Shown here piece by piece: positions 55,765-64,000 of a stretch of DNA of 64,000 bases. Below the pieces are notes generated by a model that saw only the letters and a program-made list of their open reading frames with translations, did not search any database and was not told the origin of the DNA. Both the position numbers and the translations under genes were made by a program. Every line of letters starts with the position of its first letter. Position 1 is the stretch's first letter. The stretch is from Octopus vulgaris. Taxonomy: Eukaryota. The stretch spans positions 88,288,001 through 88,352,000 of the forward strand of contig OX597825.1 in the NCBI GenBank assembly GCA_951406725.2, given 5' to 3'.

Positions 55765-56166
55765 CTTAGAATAACTTAGAAAGGTTTTGGCCAGTATTGG
55801 CCCAGGCCATGTCTAACTTAATAGCACCACCTGGCGAAGTCTTTCAGTTCAGGATTTGGGCACCAAGGCCCATTCGAGCAGAGAGTTATTGTTTGCGGAG
55901 ACATATCCGGGTGTGGGTGGTTTTTCCGGTACTGTTTGAAAGGAATTTATCCAAAGACTTCTTGAATTTTGTGTGGTCAGTTTCTTTTTTGACGTGTCCT
56001 GGTGTAATGTTGAAGAGAGCGGGTCCAATTTTTGGATGTGGACGGATTTTTGTTGTGGACGGATGGCACGTGGTCCAGCCTTGGATGTATTTTGAAGGTG
56101 ATGCCAACATCATTCGGACAGTGCTGATGGAATATTTTCCACATCATACAGATAATGTAGCGTTCG
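55765..56166 (-). mobile_element. CR1-like LINE 3' end (family 2) with 3' UTR
   Basis: ERYIICMMWKIFHQHCPNDVGITF, IGPALFNI..FKKSLDKFL, NNSLLEWA; short tandem tail ttctaag. Confidence 0.8.
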
Positions 56167-57208
56167 TGTTGCTACATGATTTTACTTCACGAATGCTTTT
56201 TAGCAATTGACATTTGGTGCATGAGAGAGTTCGATGCAGCTGCCCTCATCTGCTCCTCCTGCGGTGAAGTTGGCTCATCTGGGAACCTGACAAAAAGAGA
56301 TCCAGTTTTATGTTAAAGACATCTGCATGCACCCCATGCAGGTCTGTCAGGTTCTTCGGGAGGATATTGAAGAGCTGTGGGCCTCTGAAGCCCAGGCTAT
56401 CACAGTATCTTGTCCTCCATCTTGATGGCAAATTTGGAGTCCTTAGCACTATGCAGTGGCGCCCAGTTGAGGCATTTGTGTAACTCTCGATGCCAAAGTT
56501 TGGGACAAGTCCTTCTAGGATCTTCTAGATGTATATTATAGCATATCACTCTCGCCTACGCTCTAAGGAATAGAGTCTTAATCTCTTGAGTATTTCCCAA
56601 TAGCTTATATGCTGCACAGAGCCTATCTTCTTCGTGTAGCTTCGTTCGATCGCCTCATGTTCTGTGATTAACTTGACACTGGATGGTGACCATAGCTGGG
56701 AGCAATAGTCACAGTGGCTTAGGACAAGTGTCCTCCAGAGGACCATCATGGTTTTCTGGTCTTTTGTTCTAAAGGTCCTAAGAATCCATCCGGTCAGCTG
56801 CCTACATTTCATTGCCAATTTAGCAACATGCACATGAAAGGTTGCATCATCACTCATGTAAATACCCAGGTCTCACACTGATTGTGCCTCTGGGATCGCA
56901 ATCCCTCCAGGTCCAGTGTATTTATTGGGCATTGCATTTAGTTTGGCATGCTGATAGCATAAAGCTTGAAACTTTTCAGCATTGAACTGCATGCTATTCT
57001 TTTCAGGCCACTTGTATATTTTGTCCAGCTCACATTGCAGGAGCATAGTGTCTTCAGGGTTCTGTATTGCCCGTGAAGCTTTTGTATCATCTGCATAACT
57101 TGTGATCGTGGCTCTCTGCGTGGCTGAGGGCATGTGTGAGAGGGCCATTATGAACAGTAGTGGTTCTAAAACAGTGCCTTGCGGAACACCGCTCACTATT
57201 TGCGTGTT
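56167..57208 (-). mobile_element. CR1-like LINE RT C-half (family 1), few lesions
   Basis: [61 protein letters not shown]. Stops at 56873 and 56546 are TGA where Arg is expected. Confidence 0.95.
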
Positions 57209-57231
57209 TATATATATATACATATATATAG

Positions 57232-57272
<41 letters not shown>

Positions 57273-57289
57273 CATATATATATATACAT

Positions 57290-57387
<98 letters not shown>

Positions 57388-57775
57388 TATATATACATAT
57401 ATATAAATATATATATACATATATATAAATATATATATACATATATATAAATATATATATACATTTATATAAACATATATATAAATATATATATACATAT
57501 ATAAAAATATATTTATACATATATATAAATATATATATGCATATATATATATGCATATATATATATATATACATATATATATACATATATATATACATAC
57601 ATATATATATATATAGATATACATATACATATATATATATACATATATATATATACATATATATATGCATATATATATATATATAATATATATATACATA
57701 TATATAAATATATATATACATTTATATAAACATATATATAAATATATATATACATATATATAAATATATATATAC

Positions 57776-57807
<32 letters not shown>

Positions 57808-57809
57808 GC

Positions 57810-57840
<31 letters not shown>

Positions 57841-57878
57841 TATACATACATATATATATATAGATATACATATACATA

Positions 57879-57921
<43 letters not shown>

Positions 57922-57922
57922 G
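57209..57922. repeat. C-interrupted (TA)n array with internal duplication
   Basis: Units tatatacata; block acatttatataaacatatatataaat repeated at ~57461 and ~57718. Confidence 0.95.
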
Positions 57923-57923
57923 T

Positions 57924-58134
57924 ACGACCTCGTGAGTATCGCTGGCGATTTTTTTCCTCTGTCTTCCTTTCTCGGGATCTTTCCTTTTCCTATTTTCCGA
58001 CGAAGAGCTCCGCTCCAAACGTTAATCCCTCCTTCTTCTCTTCTTTCCTGAGCGTCCAATAATACTTTATTTGTTCCACATCTTCGCGTTATGTTTTTTT
58101 GTTTTTTTTGTGTTTTCTTGTTTGGATCAACCTT
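57924..58134 (+). mobile_element. Hammerhead-like mini-element, family B, between (TA)n tracts
   Basis: Reads ttt-CCGACGA-a-gagc tcc gctc-CAAAC-GTT-a (57994-58024); homologous to 1800-1978. Confidence 0.7.
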
Positions 58135-58147
58135 ATATACATATACA

Positions 58148-58214
<67 letters not shown>

Positions 58215-58222
58215 TACATATA

Positions 58223-58915
58223 CTGTTGTTGGCATCATTTTTGTTTCAGGAGACAATGGAGTTGCACATAAAATAGTCCTATTATATCTCCTGCTGTGGC
58301 TGTGTAGTCCTATCCTGGACAAACACTCCCTCCGGCAGGTGCTGCAAATGTAGCGAAGACGGTTCGTGGCTGGTTGTAATGTCATAGTTTCTTGTTGACG
58401 TCTTTTCTTGTCTTTCCATTTCACCTCTCCCTCTCTGTCACTCTTTTGTATTCCCTCTTTTACGGTACGCCGCCAATCTCCACGGTTGCTGGCAGCTGCT
58501 TCCCAGTTGCTAATATTGATGCTGCAGGCCTTCGTGCCCCTTTTGCAAACATCCTTGTAACGTAAGAACGGCCTTCCCACAGACCTAGTGCCCCTAGCAA
58601 GCTCCCCGTTTAGTATGTCCTTGGTGATTCTGCCATCTTTCATACGGCTAACATGTTCAAGCCATCTCATACGTCTTCGTGTGTGGAGTCCAAACATGCT
58701 TGGTATTCCTGCTTGCTTGAGGACATCTTTGTTGGGAAAATGATTCTGCCATTTGATGTGAAGGATTTTCCGGAGGCAACGCAGGTGAAACATGTTTAGG
58801 TGACGCTCTTGGCGGGCGTCTAAGTCTCACTTGCATACAGTAGAGTGCTAAGTACACATGCCTGATAGATCTTCATTTTTGTGGTCTTGGTCAGCTTATT
58901 GTTGTTCCATGCCCA
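58223..58915 (-). mobile_element. 5'-truncated RTE LINE 3' end
   Basis: [73 protein letters not shown]; short caacaac tail. (TA)-rich flanks. Confidence 0.95.
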
Positions 58916-58922
58916 TTTGGGC

Positions 58923-58969
<47 letters not shown>

Positions 58970-59052
58970 TAGATATATATACATATATATATATCTATAC
59001 TTATATATACTCACACACACACACACAATATATATATATATATATGTATACA

Positions 59053-59086
<34 letters not shown>

Positions 59087-59090
59087 GTAT

Positions 59091-59169
<79 letters not shown>

Positions 59170-59244
59170 AACTAACATTGGTTTCTATAAACGCCGAAAT
59201 GTGTATTACACGATTAAAATAAGCTGATATTTTTTCTAAAGCGG

Positions 59245-59335
59245 GATGTAACTACACGAGTGCTGGTGGCTATTTCTTTTCCGTCTTTGGACATTTCACT
59301 TTCGCCTTTCCGACGAAGATCTATGCTCGAGCCTG
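59245..59335 (+). mobile_element. Diverged family B fragment
   Basis: gagtgctggtggctatttcttttccgtc..tttccgacgaagatctatgctcga resembles 57934-58016. Confidence 0.5.
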
Positions 59336-59732
59336 GCTGCGAGGTACTGTTTCCTCCGTCATAAAACACTTTTGGAAATGTCCCATCCAAGATTTCCAGT
59401 TTTTCAGTGAAGACGGAGAAGGAAACATTGGGGTCCTGCCAATAGAAGAAGCCGTCTTCATTTGCAAAAGCGACCATTTATTGATAAGCGAACCAAGATT
59501 CACGCTGCACATTGGCCACATTAGCAATGCTGTTCATATACTTACACTACCGAACAGACAAGGCGGGTCATAAAATAAATCCGAGGGTTTCATGAAGGAG
59601 AGAATAACTCCAAAATGTTGGAACACGAGACGAAAGTACAAATAGTTTATTTGTATTATTTCTGATAATATGCATTGTTTTGGCTTCAAAAAGCAATAAA
59701 AACACCTTTGTTTGTGTGTGTGTGCGCGTATG

Positions 59733-59890
59733 TGTGTGCATGTGTATCTTCTGTTTGTGTCTCTATGTGAATGCCTGTGTATATGTGTGTGTGTGTGCGC
59801 GTGTGTGTGTGTGTGTGCGCGTGTGTGTGTGCATATGTAGCTTCTGTTTGTGTCTGTGTGTGAATGCCTGTGTATATGTGTGTGTGTGTG
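59733..59890. repeat. 93-bp-period tandem duplication within (GT)-rich tract
   Basis: cttctgtttgtgtct..tgaatgcctgtgtatatgtg at 59748 and 59841. Confidence 0.85.
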
Positions 59891-61935
59891 TATATTGTGA
59901 AAGTGGAAGTTTGATTCTTGCAACCTGAAACCAAGTCCAGGGGAAACCATCGTAGATTCGTTGTCTAAATTATGCAACAAAGTTTTCAGCTTAGCTATAG
60001 ACATTTTCACATCTGCACATGTGTGCTACATGTTTATTCCAAGATAAGAGTGATAAACAGTAGAGTCTGCTCGTTTCGCTATTTTTCGCTGCCCATGTTT
60101 CTCCGCCTCTTTTTTTCTAATACGCTCGAACGTGTATATCTTTCAGAAAGTGTTTTATCACGTTTCCCGATGATTGCGTGTCTTACAGGTCTTTGGAATT
60201 AGAGATTATAAAGAGATTAAAGAATAAGTAAATAAGAACATGTTTTATTATTATTTGAGAAATCCGCTGTATCTAGTAAATCGTTTTGCTTCTTTTTTAA
60301 ATCGTTAAATTTGTTCTGTTGAAATCCATGGGCGACGTCGTCTATATAAACGCTTATATGTAAACAAGTGTAATAAAGCCATTAATAAAAACAGAAATAA
60401 ATCGTATTGTGAATGAGGTGGCGGAAATTAAATCTTCGTTGACAAAACGTGTATTGAATTGCACTGTAAAAAAACATCTCCAGGCAATATGTAAAATACA
60501 ATCGAATATATACGTCTTTATTGTGACTTATTTTTCACAGTTTTCCATTTCTTTTCCCATCACTCAAGTGGCTTTAGTTTAAGCTTGGGGATTTTAATAA
60601 AAGCTACTTAAATATTCATTGTAACGAACTTGCAGGAATTCAATTTGAGAAAGACCTCTGGAAAATCGTACAAATAAATTTGATTGAATGGCAATAGATT
60701 TCTAACATACGAAACATGGGAACGATAATTATCCGAAGCGTGAACAGAGCCAAAAGCTGATTTCAAACGCTTCAATTAAAATACTTTTCTTTGGTTTCAT
60801 TTCCATCAATTTGTCGGTGATAATGGCGTTTTAGTTAAAACTAAAACAATTCTAAATTTAATTATTTTGAAAGTTATATTTTATAAGATCCTACTGAAAA
60901 AAATTGATCCAAAATACATCTCTCTCTCTCCCTCTTTCCTCTCTATCCTTCCCCTTTCGCTCCCCATATATACTGTTTACATATGCAGTAATTATGATGA
61001 CAGAGAATATGGCGACTGGTATATCCTCAAAATTTCTTTCCTTCCATTTTACATAAAAAAACAGCATATTTTCATGGTTGGGACGATCTAAACCTGTTTC
61101 CACTTCACAGAATATAAGCAATTGCTCATGTAACCGGGCATATTTCCCTGTGCGGCTTCATTAAGGGTCATTCAGCCGGAATTAGTTTAACTTATTCAGT
61201 TTGCTTGTTTGTTGGTTTGTGTTCATGGATAATTGAGGTGATGTTATTTTGAATCTCAAATCTGATCTGTTTGTAAGCTTGTGTGGTTGAAATCAATTTC
61301 ACACCCGTTGCTGATCGAAGTCAGGATTCTCTCTAATTAAGTTGCAGTCCATCTTACTGTTTTGGCAGACTTTTTTGTGCACTGTAGTAAATAGGAACCT
61401 TATAACCTTACTTTCAAGTATAGATCTTTAACGTATTTTATTTTAGGGCTGTTATGTTCTATGTACTGTTCGGTTTACTTCGAGCCGAGCCTATTGAGAG
61501 TCCGTGAATGAAGCTGCACAGATAATTATGCCCGGTTCAATGTGCAGCTGCCATACCCTGTGCAGTAGAAAGGCGCGTAGATCATCCTAGCCATTAAAAT
61601 ATGCTGCTTGAAACGTAAACTGAAAGGAAGAAATGAAAATTGTGTTACATACAAAATTAAGAGGAATGACCACTAAAGTGGACATCCAATATGCTAAACA
61701 TAGACGTCAATTCGCCATTACAACGAAGAATGTGTTCTCAAGAAGAAAATCTCAGCAAAACGCGAAAATGTAAAAACGAGCAAGACAAATGAAAACATAC
61801 GAAATAGAAAGGATTACCTACGTACTAATTGGTTTCCCTTGTTAATATCTACGTATATAAATATTTAATATTCGGATTTTTAAATATGCTAAGCCATTGG
61901 TTTTAAGTAAATATATATATATATACGTGTGTGTA

Positions 61936-62008
<73 letters not shown>

Positions 62009-62050
62009 GTGTGTATACAAACATTATATATATATATTGGGATTATTTTA

Positions 62051-62176
62051 AAGACGGTAAGCTGGCAGAAACGATAGCACACCGGGCGAAACACTTAGTG
62101 GTGTTTCGTCTGTTTTTATGTTCTGATTTCAAATTTTGCCGAGGTCGACTTTACCTTTTATCATTTCGAGGTCGTA
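62051..62176 (+). mobile_element. Nin/Deu-like SINE, diverged
   Basis: gctggcagaaacgatagcac..gttctgatttcaaattttgccgaggtcgactttacctttt. Confidence 0.75.
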
Positions 62177-62912
62177 TTTTGCGGGTTTCTATGAAAATTC
62201 CATATATCATTTCATTGTATATGTGTGTTCGGTTTTGTCCTCGACTGCAGAACCTACGGCCATGGATGGAGATAATACTCTTGTTATATTTCCTCAATGG
62301 CCACAAAGAACACGTCTGCAGGCACTCCGATTGTGTTATAACATATATGCCATGTAGCTTTCGCATTTTGCAGTCCTACAATTGATAGAAATGTTTGAGA
62401 GACTGTGAGGATTTCTAAGAAGCTGAGCCTTCAAAGTGTTTAGTAATAGTCTTTCATCTGGAATTGTTGACATCATGTATTGCGATTCATATACCGGAGA
62501 GCGAATATAGTCACGGAGAAATACATAGTTTAAGTGGAGAGACACCAGATTTGTTGCTTTCTAATGCTTCATGGAAAACGCAGTATTTATGAGGTCTAGG
62601 AAAATATCTGAGCAATAACGTGGCGTATACCACTATTTTTGCGTCAGGAGATCCGACGATTTGATTATATCCGAAATTTGTATTCGCATCAGTTAAATAC
62701 ACATCTTCATATTTATGTTATATTTCTAATATTCATAAACCAATTCTAGTCGTAATCAAACGATGAAATACTTCTGCAGTGAATACATTAAACAGCACAA
62801 ATGAGTGTATACATAGTTCGCGCTCCTTTTTGATTGACTCTGAAGAATGGGATCCGTTCCTCTACCGTCAACAGAGTATCCTGATGTCATTATGCATATT
62901 TTTATGCTGACA

Positions 62913-62942
62913 CACTACTACTGCCGCTGTTGCTGCTGCTGT

Positions 62943-63018
<76 letters not shown>
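62913..63018. repeat. (CTA)n/(CTG)n microsatellite
   Basis: Direct reading. Confidence 0.95.
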
Positions 63019-64000
63019 GTTGAATATATCCCTGGGGGAATTCCTAGCCCCAGCTAGAGATATCAATGAGATCTCTGTTTGGAAAGCCATGGGATGCATC
63101 GATATTCCCCGTTTCTTCCTTTAGTTTCGGTTCTCTATTTTGGTGCTTATCTGATTTGAACTGCAGATGGATGTGAGGTGAGATATGCGACATAGATGTT
63201 CATGAATATTCTCAACTGCTGGTTAATACGATGCGTAATGCAACAAATGTAATAATTGAACCGTGAATGATTTTATGATTTGTCATTTATTTAGTAGAAA
63301 ATGTACATTCATTTAGATGTGAAAAATAAAATTCGGAAATGCTTTTCTTTTTCTCTCTGTCTCTCTATCTGTGTCTTTCTTTGGTACCCTTCTCCCACTA
63401 CCAAAAGACCCGTGAGGACGTAAGGTTGTGTCATTCTTTTTCGCGTTGCCTTAGACCGTACTGGAAACAATTTTATGATCTCCACACTCTGTCCTATAAT
63501 GTATAGTCCTTATGGACAGTTTTCAGTTCCCCTAAGCCTTTGTTCAGTTCATTGTCTGGAGCCCGTTTCGTTTTGTAATGTTTAGCCCCGATTACCGGCA
63601 AGTCTCTTGTCAGTGCCCCCAGAGTGGAAGCAATATTATCGAGAATGGCTAAAGTTGCGATTCACTCCTCTGGTCGAAAACAAATGAAGAATTGGTGACC
63701 TATGTTTTCAATCCACCTCTGTATTTAGTATATGTTCGTTTGTTTTACTACACGTGTTTTTCTAATTATATACATATATATAAAACAATAATAAATATCT
63801 GAACGAGATATAAACAGTAACCGCTCGACAACGTAAGGTGTATTAGCCATCTGAATGTGGCTAGCCACTGGGGGGGGGGGTACTGATGCTTTTAGCCCCA
63901 GGCGATCAACGTCACCAGAAGGACTTTAGACACTATCTCAGTGACCTTGTGTTATTTGCAAAGGGAGGTCATCCTCCCTCGAAGACCTGAGTACTACATA

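Noticed and set aside
59214-59477. 87-aa minus-strand ORF with an acceptor-like ttcttctattggcag
   Set aside because: Its 3' part is the antisense of a family B repeat and no domain was recognised. RNA-seq junctions would be needed.

Overview
This is AT-rich, microsatellite-saturated animal DNA. The repeat spectrum suggests a coleoid cephalopod such as octopus, which is an inference. I found no host protein-coding exon I can support, so the window is probably intronic or intergenic. Recognisable content: one apparently full-length, decayed RTE LINE with a candidate target-site duplication; a decayed mariner transposase; about nine fragments of R4/Dong-type RLE retrotransposons sitting in trinucleotide microsatellites; two fused CR1-like fragments; several tRNA-derived SINEs; a duplicated tRNA-Asp pseudogene block; and a ~1 kb (TA)n tract. 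The main unexplained signal is a set of short (150-300 bp) non-coding elements that abut (TA)n tracts and often form palindromes or foldbacks. They carry minimal type I hammerhead-ribozyme motifs (CUGAUGA..GAAAC..UH, palindromic helix III) in about four sequence families, resembling Penelope-like-element termini or retrozymes. One copy (2380-2429, minus strand) has an intact catalytic core. All coordinates and alignments were read by eye, so boundaries of old fragments are approximate.
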